Part shown: positions 30,600 to 39,697 of the stretch, in pieces | Numbering within the stretch: position 1 is the stretch's first letter | Layout: every line of letters starts with the position of its first letter | Assembly: GCA_030689845.1 (NCBI GenBank) | Contig: JAUYHV010000189.1 | Coordinates: 1 to 39,697, forward strand | Length of the DNA: 39,697 nt | Direction of reading: 5' to 3' | From: Dehalococcoidia bacterium | GTDB lineage: Bacteria; Chloroflexota; Dehalococcoidia; JACQUA01 | Translations under genes and position numbers: made by a program | Notes under the pieces: model-generated | Database searches by the model: none | Seen by the model: the letters and a program-made list of their open reading frames with translations, nothing else | What the model was told of the DNA's origin: nothing

Positions 30600-31784
30600 T
30601 TACCGGGGGAGGCCGAGGCCGCGCAAGGCAATTATGTTTTTCTGGATTTGCGTTGTGCCCCCGAGAATACTATCAGACAGGCTGCAAAGATAAAGGTGCT
30701 CCGCTGCTCCCCTTAATCTGGAATGCGGAGATTCGCCTTTAAGCTGCCCGAAAAGCCCGAGAACCCCCATAATAGTCCTGGCGGTTCCTTGTTCGATGCG
30801 GGAACTGTAAACCCTCGCTGTTGAAGCGACGGATTCCGGCATGAGCCCCCGTTGTTTGAACCAGGCAGCCCTGTAGGCAGCAAGCCTGCCGACTTCTATT
30901 TCCACTTTTAAACCGGCCAACCTGTGCCGTATTAATTCCCGATTCCGGCAGGCAGGCAGGGAGTAATTCCTTAAATAATTGACGGTGTCATCCAGCAGCC
31001 TTCTGGCCCTGGCTATCGATGCCCCCGCCTGGAAAGTCCGCTCCAGGAACAGGAGTACAGGCATGTAATCCCATCCCTTGCCAACCTCACCAAGGACGTT
31101 TGCTTTTTCCACAAAAACGTTATCGAAATATACCTGGTTGAAAGAGGGGAAACCGCAGATATCGTTGATGGGGGAGACAGTGATGCCTATGGATTTCATA
31201 TTGACAAGGAAAATGGTTAAACCCCTGTTTTTGGCGGTGTCAGCCCCTACCCTTGCCAGCAGCCAGCACCAGTCGGCCGCCTGGGCTGCGGAAGTCCATA
31301 TTTTGCTTCCGTTAATAACAAAACCGTTGTCTGACGCTATAGCCTGGCTGCTAAGTGAACGCAGGTCCGAGCCGGCATCCGGTTCACTGTAACCGATGCA
31401 CCAGAATTCTGTTCCCTTTGCCAGGCGCACAAGGCGCTCCTTTTTTTGTTCCTCCGTTCCGTAAAGGGCTAATAGAGCGCCTACATTGGAAACTCCCCCG
31501 ATTCCCATGTCATAAGCGGGGATCCTGTGATAAACGGCTTCCTCATAAAAGATTAGCTGTGACATTACGGAACGGTTAGTGCCGCCGTAGGCTTCCGACC
31601 AGCCCATCCCCAGCCAGCCCTGGGCGGCCAGCTTTCTTGCCATTTGCCTGGTGACAGGCCAGTGCTCCGGGCAGTATTCTTCATATTCAAACCCTGCCTC
31701 CCAGTCTTCAGGCACTTCCCGTCTGGCAAAAGACGCTATTTGCTCCCGCAGAGATATTTCTTCTTCAGTTAAACGGAAGTCCAT
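30600..31784 (-). CDS. Acyl-CoA dehydrogenase family protein
   Basis: WCIGYSEPDAGSDL, INGSKIWTS, FNQVYFDNV, GW....L..ER, GGT..IQKNIIA..GLGLPR. Confidence 0.92.
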   Translation of the reverse strand: MDFRLTEEEISLREQIASFARREVPEDWEAGFEYEEYCPEHWPVTRQMARKLAAQGWLGMGWSEAYGGTNRSVMSQLIFYEEAVYHRIPAYDMGIGGVSNVGALLALYGTEEQKKERLVRLAKGTEFWCIGYSEPDAGSDLRSLSSQAIASDNGFVINGSKIWTSAAQAADWCWLLARVGADTAKNRGLTIFLVNMKSIGITVSPINDICGFPSFNQVYFDNVFVEKANVLGEVGKGWDYMPVLLFLERTFQAGASIARARRLLDDTVNYLRNYSLPACRNRELIRHRLAGLKVEIEVGRLAAYRAAWFKQRGLMPESVASTARVYSSRIEQGTARTIMGVLGLFGQLKGESPHSRLRGAAEHLYLCSLSDSILGGTTQIQKNIIALRGLGLPR

Positions 31785-31796
31785 ACGACGTGAATA

Positions 31797-32852
31797 TCAA
31801 TTTTCGGAGAGGCTTTTTTTCAGGTGATCAATAACCTTTACCGGCATGGGGTCGCATTTATTCAATAATGCCATATAATAGCTGACATAATCTCCCAACA
31901 GCACCAGGAACATCATCTGGCTGAGGAGTTCTTTGCCTTCGGTATCGACGAACTCATGGTGAATTTTTGCCTTGTCGAGGATTCCTGCGGTGATATGATA
32001 ACGTTTTAAAATCCTCGGGTGAAGGCGGGAACTGCGTAATAAAAGAACACTAAAGATAGGGAGCAGTTCACCGGGGAACTCGTAACCAACAGCGGCGTTA
32101 TGGTTTAATTCGGGAAATATTTCATAAAAAGCCCAGGCTTTACTATTTTCGTTAATCTGGGTTTTCCAGCGGTGGGCCACCCCCGATAGAAACCCGGCCC
32201 CATACAATACCGTCAGGCGGCCTTGTAATCTCAAGGCCAGTTGCTTGGCCCTGTTCTGATGAACAGGCACCGTTTCCGAAATCCGGCTGGAAAGGGATTC
32301 CATGACTTTTTTCGCTTCGCTTAACGTTTCGGTTAAGTCCGCAATAAGCCCAACTTTGTGCAAAACCGCCAGGGTAGGCATCAGGCTGTATGCGAGGGCT
32401 GCCCTGGGCGGGGCTTTGTATTTAATGGTGAAAACCGGTTTGCCGTGACGCTCTGCAAGCTCTTTCACCCTGCCTCCCGTAGTCAGGGCGATGCTTTTCG
32501 CAGGGGAATCCAGGGCCACAGAGAAGGAGTCCAGGGTTTCTTCTGTTTCACCTGAGTAGCTCGAGGCTATCACAAGCGTTTTTTCATCGAGAGGATACGG
32601 CATTCCGTAGTCCCGGTGGACCGCTGTAAATGCTTTTTCGGTTACAAGGCTCTGAGCCAGTTCCCCACCTATGGCGGAACCACCCATACCCAGGATTATG
32701 ACCCTGTTAAGATTTGAATAATCCCCGGGGAGGGTAATATTCATGGCTTCACGCCATGCTGATTCACATTTTTCAGGCAGTTCGTGAAGGTGGGCAAGCA
32801 TATTGGATGGGTCGAGTTTATTATAATTTTGGATATCGTCGAGTATGTGCAC
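31797..32852 (-). CDS. Bifunctional phosphoglucose/phosphomannose isomerase (SIS domains)
   Basis: GMGGSAIGG, SYSGETEET, KTQINENSK, PELNHN. Start moved to GTG 32852, just after the mutase stop; the track's N-terminal extension overlaps the mutase gene. Confidence 0.92.
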   Translation of the reverse strand: MHILDDIQNYNKLDPSNMLAHLHELPEKCESAWREAMNITLPGDYSNLNRVIILGMGGSAIGGELAQSLVTEKAFTAVHRDYGMPYPLDEKTLVIASSYSGETEETLDSFSVALDSPAKSIALTTGGRVKELAERHGKPVFTIKYKAPPRAALAYSLMPTLAVLHKVGLIADLTETLSEAKKVMESLSSRISETVPVHQNRAKQLALRLQGRLTVLYGAGFLSGVAHRWKTQINENSKAWAFYEIFPELNHNAAVGYEFPGELLPIFSVLLLRSSRLHPRILKRYHITAGILDKAKIHHEFVDTEGKELLSQMMFLVLLGDYVSYYMALLNKCDPMPVKVIDHLKKSLSEN

Positions 32853-32854
32853 GG

Positions 32855-34282
32855 TTATACCCCTGCTATTTTCTTTCCTGCGGCAACCAGGTTTTCGGCA
32901 TCCCCGGGACTTCCCGCCTCGCTGTATATTCGAAGCAGGGGTTCGGTGCCGGAAAAGCGTATGAGGAGCCACGACCCGCCGGACAGGATAAACTTGAAAC
33001 CGTCCCTGGTATCGGTTTTCTCCACTTTTTTACCGTCTATACTTAACGGATGTTCCGACGAAACTTTATTAATAATCTTGTCTCTTTCGCCGGGAGTAAA
33101 GCTGACGTCGCTTCTTATGTAGTGATGGGGCCCTACTTTGTCATATAGGAATTTCAATAGCTCCGACGGAGATTTTTTAGTTTTTACCATAAAGTCCAGG
33201 AAGTAGATCCCGGCGAGGGTGCCGTCTCTTTCGGGGACATGCCCGCGAAAACCGTAGCCACCGCTTTCTTCTCCGCCAATCAGGGCGTTTTCACTGATCA
33301 TCAGGGGAGCGATATATTTAAATCCAACTGGTGTTTCCAGCACCGGCACGGAGTAAAGTTCCCCGAGGCGGTCCAGCATGCTGGTAGAGGTTAAAGTCTT
33401 AACTATGGCACCTCTCTTTTTAAGTGCGTCAAGGAAATAAAGAGCCAGCAGGGCATATACCTGTAATGTGGTTAAGAACTCACCGTTCTCATCTATGACT
33501 CCCAGGCGGTCTCCGTCCCCGTCGGTGGCAATGCCGACACTGGCCTTGCTTTCAACTACGGCCTTTCTCAGGGCGGCGAGGTTCTTTGCAATAGGTTCCG
33601 GCTGGGCCATGCCCGGGAATGCGGGGTTCCGGTGGTTGTTTATCTCTATCAGTTCAATGGCACCACCGCCAAGAAAGGAACTGAATGAGCCGGCCGAGGC
33701 GCCAAACATGTAATCGACTGCTACTTTCAACCTGGCTTTTTTTATTGCCTCGAGGTCAACTAATTTGCCTATGTGCCCTGCATAGACAGGCGCCAGGTCG
33801 ACGTATTCTACGGCCCCCGATTTAACCGCCTGAGAAATGGGTGATACCCGGACAGCGCCGGCAGCAAGGATTTCAGGTATTTCCTTTTCCATCTGGTCCG
33901 TTGTTTCCTGGGGAGCGCTGGTGCCGTCGGAGGTTTTAAATTTCATTCCGCTCCATTTGGCGGGATTGTGGCTGGCCGTAATTATAATGCCTCCGGTTGT
34001 TTTCAGGGCTGTAATGCCATAGCTGAGAACGGGAGTCGGGCTTGCGGTGGAACACAGGTAAACTTTTATCCCATTGCCGGCCATAACTTCCGCAGCACAG
34101 GCAGCAAAGTCCTCGGAGGCGAAACGGGTGTCGTATCCGATAAGGATAGACTTAGCTGGCAGGTCGGCCCGGTTGAGATAGTTAGCTATGCTCTGGGTAC
34201 ATGCCCGGACGTTGGAGAATGTAAAATCGTCGGCGATAATAGCCCGCCAACCGTCCGTTCCGAATATTATTTTGTCAGCCAT
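32855..34282 (-). CDS. Phosphoglucomutase/phosphomannomutase
   Basis: FGTDGWR, TASHNP, DGDGDR, GGEESGG, RFSGTEP. Confidence 0.95.
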   Translation of the reverse strand: MADKIIFGTDGWRAIIADDFTFSNVRACTQSIANYLNRADLPAKSILIGYDTRFASEDFAACAAEVMAGNGIKVYLCSTASPTPVLSYGITALKTTGGIIITASHNPAKWSGMKFKTSDGTSAPQETTDQMEKEIPEILAAGAVRVSPISQAVKSGAVEYVDLAPVYAGHIGKLVDLEAIKKARLKVAVDYMFGASAGSFSSFLGGGAIELIEINNHRNPAFPGMAQPEPIAKNLAALRKAVVESKASVGIATDGDGDRLGVIDENGEFLTTLQVYALLALYFLDALKKRGAIVKTLTSTSMLDRLGELYSVPVLETPVGFKYIAPLMISENALIGGEESGGYGFRGHVPERDGTLAGIYFLDFMVKTKKSPSELLKFLYDKVGPHHYIRSDVSFTPGERDKIINKVSSEHPLSIDGKKVEKTDTRDGFKFILSGGSWLLIRFSGTEPLLRIYSEAGSPGDAENLVAAGKKIAGV

Positions 34283-34306
34283 AAATCTTCCGGTAGATAC
34301 CTTTGG

Positions 34307-35521
34307 TTATTTCAAACCTGCTTCGCTTTTCAGCAGGGATACTTTATCTGTATTTTCCCACGGGGCTTCGATATCATCTCGACCGAAATGTCCGTATGCT
34401 GCGGTGGCAAGGTAAAGCGGGCGGCTTAATTTAAGGTCGCGGATGATTGCGCCCGGGCGCAGGTCGAAGTGTTTTTTTATCAAATCCAGTATAGCCTGCT
34501 CCGGGACGCGGTTGGTGCCGAAGGTCTCGATGGAAATAGAAATGGGGTGAGAAACACCGATAGCATAGGATAATTGTATTTCGAAACGGTCGGCGAGCCC
34601 TGCCGCTACCACGTTTTTGGCCACGTAGCGGGCAGCATAAGCGCCGGAACGGTCTACTTTGGTCGGGTCTTTGCCGGAGAAGCAGCCTCCCCCCACCCTG
34701 GCGGTTCCCCCGTAGCTGTCAACGATGATTTTCCGTCCGGTCACGCCGGCATCTGCGACGGGACCTCCGACGACGAACTTCCCTGTAGGGTTTACCAGGA
34801 AACGGGTTTTGCTGTCCATTAAGTCTTTGGGGACTATGTTTTTTATTACATGCTCGATAATATCTTTTTCAATCGTGTCGTGGCTGACTTCAGGATTGTG
34901 TTGGGCTCCGATGACAACTGCGTCTACTCTCTTTGGCTTCCCATGGGAATATTCTATTGTGACCTGGGATTTCCCGTCGGGACGAAGGTATTTCAAAATA
35001 TTGTTTTTCCGGACGAAGGCCAGCCTTTTGGCCAGCCTGTGGGCCAGGGATATGGGCATCGGCATCAGTTCCGGAGTTTCCGTACAGGCGAAACCAAACA
35101 TCATGCCCTGGTCTCCGGCGCCAATGAGGTCCAGTTCGCTGTCCGTCAGACTATTTTGCCTTGCTTCCAGCGATTTGCTGACACCCATGTCAATATCCGG
35201 CGACTGCTCTTTAATGGTAACCAGTACTCCGCAGGACTGGTAGTCAAATCCGTATTCGGGATAAACATATCCGGTTTGCTTTAATACTTTTCGTACTATT
35301 TCAGGAATATCGACATAGGTTGTGGTGGTAATTTCGCCCATCACTATAACCAGGCCGGTGGAGGTGGCGGTTTCACAGGCTACCCTGGCGATGGGATCAT
35401 CTTTGATAATAGCGTCCAGGACTGCGTCGGAAATTTGGTCGCACAGCTTATCCGGGTGCCCCTCCGTAACAGATTCGGACGTGAAAAGATATGATGGTGA
35501 TTCCAGGAATGAAAGTGACAT
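34307..35521 (-). CDS. metK: S-adenosylmethionine synthetase
   Basis: [41 protein letters not shown]. Confidence 0.98.
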   Translation of the reverse strand: MSLSFLESPSYLFTSESVTEGHPDKLCDQISDAVLDAIIKDDPIARVACETATSTGLVIVMGEITTTTYVDIPEIVRKVLKQTGYVYPEYGFDYQSCGVLVTIKEQSPDIDMGVSKSLEARQNSLTDSELDLIGAGDQGMMFGFACTETPELMPMPISLAHRLAKRLAFVRKNNILKYLRPDGKSQVTIEYSHGKPKRVDAVVIGAQHNPEVSHDTIEKDIIEHVIKNIVPKDLMDSKTRFLVNPTGKFVVGGPVADAGVTGRKIIVDSYGGTARVGGGCFSGKDPTKVDRSGAYAARYVAKNVVAAGLADRFEIQLSYAIGVSHPISISIETFGTNRVPEQAILDLIKKHFDLRPGAIIRDLKLSRPLYLATAAYGHFGRDDIEAPWENTDKVSLLKSEAGLK

Positions 35522-35545
35522 TTATCCCCCTTATCAGGATTATAT

Positions 35546-36838
<1,293 letters not shown>

Positions 36839-36889
36839 TTAACGGGCAGGCTGTTGTATACAGCCCCGGTTAAACGCGGGTGTATCGCA

Positions 36890-38140
36890 CTAATTCAATC
36901 GCCTCACCCCGGGAAGAGCCAGCATTGAAATCAACGGAATTAAAAAGCAAACCACCCCGAGGTAGGTCACAGCCATGGGGACGCCGGTTGTTTCTGCCAT
37001 GGCCCCGAATATCAGTCCCAGCGCCGGACCCAGGCCGAAAGATATCTCTCTCAGGCTCATTACCCGTCCCCTCATCTCGTCAGGGATGATAGTCTGGATA
37101 AGGGTGGTGCTCAGGGTAAGGAAAGCCGTACCCATACCGCCCAGGACGAATAACATGAACAAGGAGAAGATAAAAGACGAGTTAATACCGAAAATAAATA
37201 AAGCCAGGCCGATTATCATCCCGGAGCCAAAAAGGAGCCTGCCCTTGTGGATATCGCTGCCAAGAGAAGCAAGGACGACCATGGCAGACACGGACCCTAA
37301 CCCCGGCGCTGCCTGCAGATATCCGTAGCCCACTGCCCCGACGTGAAAAATATCCACAGCGTATATTGGCAAAAAACCTGTATAAGTCTGGTTTGCGAAC
37401 TGGGGAAGAAGGTAAAGGACTACCAGCGCCAGCACAATCCCGTAACCGGAGACGTATCTGAACCCCTCAACGAGATTCTTCCACGGATTTCCTTTCCTTA
37501 CACCCGTTGGGGTTGCAGGCATATTGACCTGCAACAACCAAACGATGGCCAGGAGCGCTCCGAAAGTCCTGATAAAAAAAACAGGGGCTACTCCTGCCAC
37601 GGCGATTACTACGCCTGCTATGGGCATGCCGATCACGCGGGCTGCCATAACGGATGCGGAGTCAAGGGATATAGCATTTAAAAGGTGTTCTCCCTTTACC
37701 AGGTTGGGAATCATGGAAGCTCTTGCAGGATGGTTAAAGCTGGTTATGACGCCCGTTAATATTGCCATCAGGATAATATGCCATAAGACCACGGCACCCG
37801 TAAATACCAGGATGCCGAGAATGCTTGATTGTAAACCGAAGGCCACGAGTGTAATAACCAGTAAGTTTCTCCGGTTCATCCTGTCGGTGACGACGCCTCC
37901 AATGGCGGAAAAAATAACCATGGGTATGAACCGCAGGGCGACGACCAGAGTTAAAATGAAAGGTGAGCCTGAAATCTGTCTTACCAGCCACAGCAGAGCG
38001 GCTATCTCCATGAACTCACCGATATGTTCTGTGCAGGAGCCCAGCCAGACCCAGCGGAAGTCCTTATAACGGACAGAGGAAAAAGTACGGCGCCATATGC
38101 GCAATCCGGGTTTAGTGCCCTGTTCCGGGGTCTTTGTCAA
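36890..38140 (-). CDS. MFS transporter (12 TM, MFS_3/EntS-like)
   Basis: Motif A GGVVTDRMNRR, PARASMIP, MRGRVMS; hydrophobic pattern. TTG start. Confidence 0.9.
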   Translation of the reverse strand: MTKTPEQGTKPGLRIWRRTFSSVRYKDFRWVWLGSCTEHIGEFMEIAALLWLVRQISGSPFILTLVVALRFIPMVIFSAIGGVVTDRMNRRNLLVITLVAFGLQSSILGILVFTGAVVLWHIILMAILTGVITSFNHPARASMIPNLVKGEHLLNAISLDSASVMAARVIGMPIAGVVIAVAGVAPVFFIRTFGALLAIVWLLQVNMPATPTGVRKGNPWKNLVEGFRYVSGYGIVLALVVLYLLPQFANQTYTGFLPIYAVDIFHVGAVGYGYLQAAPGLGSVSAMVVLASLGSDIHKGRLLFGSGMIIGLALFIFGINSSFIFSLFMLFVLGGMGTAFLTLSTTLIQTIIPDEMRGRVMSLREISFGLGPALGLIFGAMAETTGVPMAVTYLGVVCFLIPLISMLALPGVRRLN

Positions 38141-38253
38141 TCTCTTTTATCCCCTTTTTTCTCCCCTGGTCCCTGGCGGTTCGTGAAAATCTTCAATATT
38201 TCACCCTGTGTTCACCATTTAAAAAAAATGCCTTTTTTGACTTATATAGCAGG

Positions 38254-39165
38254 TCAAAGCCTCTCCTGGAATTCCCTCATAGTAAAAAAATATTCCTGTG
38301 TGCCGTAGTTTTCCACCGCGAAAGAGGCACAAACGCTTCCCATCTTGGCGCTCTCGGCCACGCTTTTGCCCTGGGTCAGTCCCTTGATCAGACCAGCCCT
38401 ATAAGCGTCTCCGGCGCCAGTCGGATCGACTGTTTTTCTGGGCTTGACGGCAGGAATATTGACCTGGCAATCTTTGGCGGTAACAATTGAGCCGTGCTCT
38501 CCCAGAGTTGTTATTAGGGCGCCGGTCCGTTCCAAAAGGCCCCTTTTATCCAGGCCAGTTTTGCAGGTGATCAGTTCCAGTTCGTAGTCGTTGGATATTA
38601 ATATATCCGAGCCTTCGATACATCGGGTGAGGTTCTGTCCTTCCCACATGGGAAGGGATTGCCCCGGGTCAAAAATATAGGGGATTCCCCAGGACTTACA
38701 CTCCGAGGAGTAGCTCATCATGTCTTCGAGGTTACCCGGGGAGATGATAACGATGCTTTCCCCGGAATTTGTTTTCTCAAAATTGAAGGAAGACGGATAT
38801 TTCATAGCTCCGGGATTGAAACCTGTTATCTGGTTATCCGCCTGGTCGGTTGTGATATAAGCGCAGGCAGTTAACTCCTGTTCGATAATGGTTATACCGT
38901 CGCAGCTAATGTTATTTTTCTTGAGCCAATCGAAATATTGATGATAATCTTTGCCGATGGCAGCAACGATTACGGGTTTTTCACCTAACAGGGAAAGGGC
39001 ATAAGCGATGTTGCCGGCCGTGCCGCCGAACTTCTCCCTCAAGCTGTTAACGGTAAAACTGACATTCAGGACGTGGATTTTCTCCGGCAGGATATGGTCA
39101 CTGAAACGACCTGGAAAGTCCATAATCCTGTCGTAGGCCATGGAGCCGGAAACAACTATATTCAT
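38254..39165 (-). CDS. PfkB-family kinase, adenosine kinase-like
   Basis: GSMAYDRIMDFPGRF...NVSF, FGGTAGNIAY, FDPGQ, NDYE, DPTGAGDAYRAG. The N-terminus resembles bacterial adenosine kinases, and the gene sits in a cluster with ahcY. Confidence 0.85.
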   Translation of the reverse strand: MNIVVSGSMAYDRIMDFPGRFSDHILPEKIHVLNVSFTVNSLREKFGGTAGNIAYALSLLGEKPVIVAAIGKDYHQYFDWLKKNNISCDGITIIEQELTACAYITTDQADNQITGFNPGAMKYPSSFNFEKTNSGESIVIISPGNLEDMMSYSSECKSWGIPYIFDPGQSLPMWEGQNLTRCIEGSDILISNDYELELITCKTGLDKRGLLERTGALITTLGEHGSIVTAKDCQVNIPAVKPRKTVDPTGAGDAYRAGLIKGLTQGKSVAESAKMGSVCASFAVENYGTQEYFFTMREFQERL

Positions 39166-39207
39166 TGGAATGTTAATACCCGAGGATTGATATTCAGCCC
39201 TCCAACC

Positions 39208-39320
39208 ATTCGATTATTTTGCTTTTTTATCAACCCAACCGTAGTTTATCAAAACAAACGCAGGGATGCCTGACGTATTAATGCCGGCCAAACTGCCGCA
39301 ACGAACCTCCATGGCTGTTT
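39208..39320 (-). ncRNA. Candidate SAH-riboswitch-like leader (degenerate or variant)
   Basis: Minus strand CAUGGAG-GUUCGUUG-C-GGC...GUC-AGG-CAUCCCUG follows the SAH aptamer order (P1, pseudoknot strand, C, P2, AGG, P1'), upstream of SAM-cycle genes. It deviates from the consensus GAGCG, and P1 is imperfect. Confidence 0.33.
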
Positions 39321-39371
39321 ATGAAGGAAGCCCTGGGTTAGCTAAGACGAATAATACCACCGGTTTGAAAT

Positions 39372-39403
39372 CCTGCAGCCCGGCTTCTGGCAGAGGCGGC
39401 AGG
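39372..39403 (-). terminator. GC-rich hairpin after the repeat-protein stop codon
   Basis: CCTGC-C-GCCT...GGGC-T-GCAGG followed only by ATTT, a weak U-tract. Confidence 0.35.
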
Positions 39404-39418
39404 TTCCATTGAAAAACG

Positions 39419-39697
39419 TTACTTGCTCTTGGGTTCCTTGGGAGAAGCCGAGCTCTTTTTCCCGGGTTTTGGCGCTTTAACCGAAGAAGCTGCGGTCTTT
39501 TTCACAGGTTTTGGAGCTTCGGCTGGAGAAGCTTCGGTCTTGTTCTCAGGTTTTGGAGCTTCGACTGGAGAAGCCGTGCTCTTTTTCTCAGGTTTTGGAG
39601 CTTCGACATGAGGAGCCGTGCTCTTTTTCTCGGGTTTTAGCGCTTCAACGTGAGGAGTTGCGCTCTTTTTCTCGGGCTTTGGCGCTTCAACATGAGG
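39419..39697 (-). CDS. 3' end of a protein with a Pro/Lys/Glu/Ala-rich tandem-repeat tail (5' part outside window)
   Basis: Open frame of 92 codons to TAA at 39421-39419: PHVEAPKPEKKSAT PHVEALKPEKKSTA PHVEAPKPEKKSTA SPVEAPKPENKTEA SPAEAPKPVKKTAA SSVKAPKPGKKSSA SPKEPKSK. Many differences between units are synonymous in this frame. Confidence 0.8.
   Translation of the reverse strand, partial: PHVEAPKPEKKSATPHVEALKPEKKSTAPHVEAPKPEKKSTASPVEAPKPENKTEASPAEAPKPVKKTAASSVKAPKPGKKSSASPKEPKSK
39446..39697. repeat. 42-bp coding tandem repeat, at least 6 copies
   Basis: Unit approximately AGCCGTGCTCTTTTTCTCAGGTTTTGGAGCTTCGACATGAGG with a 42-nt period, running to the window end. Confidence 0.9.

Noticed and set aside
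32853-32972. 40-aa N-terminal extension of PGI/PMI in the ORF track
   Set aside because: It overlaps the mutase gene in another frame; GTG 32852 gives the expected start.
39162-39312. Short upstream ORFs (32 aa MEVRCG... and 15 aa MVGGLN...) before the kinase
   Set aside because: No SD and no recognisable composition; the ATGA overlap can easily occur by chance.
39423-39611. Plus-strand 62-aa repetitive ORF
   Set aside because: It is the antisense shadow of the minus-strand repeat protein, whose frame absorbs many changes as synonymous and matches the orientation of its neighbours.
39446-39697. Possible CRISPR array
   Set aside because: The units are contiguous 42-bp tandem repeats with no unique spacers, keep a reading frame, and no cas genes are present.

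Overview
Housekeeping region, most likely from a Chloroflexota (Dehalococcoidia-like) chromosome; this assignment is inferred from gene order and protein style, not from a search. Left, minus strand: S1-domain protein (rpsA-like), clpC, a stand-alone biotin carrier, radA and the 5' end of a LarE-family gene. Next, plus strand: otsB, a cobalamin-dependent radical SAM enzyme resembling TsrM, DUF167 and an LhgO-like FAD oxidoreductase. The middle ~20.6 kb is a fused str-S10-spc-alpha-truA-rplM-rpsI ribosomal superoperon with a near-consensus sigma70 promoter and no tuf. Right, minus strand: the 3' end of a protein with 14-aa tandem repeats, then an adenosine kinase-like PfkB gene, an MFS transporter, ahcY, metK, a phosphohexomutase, PGI/PMI and an acyl-CoA dehydrogenase. 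I saw no mobile elements, CRISPR arrays, tRNAs or rRNAs, and no clear new multi-gene system. The best leads are (1) the orphan TsrM-like methyltransferase outside any thiopeptide cluster, (2) a variant SAH-riboswitch-like motif upstream of the adoK-MFS-ahcY-metK cluster, and (3) several enlarged, structured spacers and acidic C-terminal tails in the ribosomal operon.
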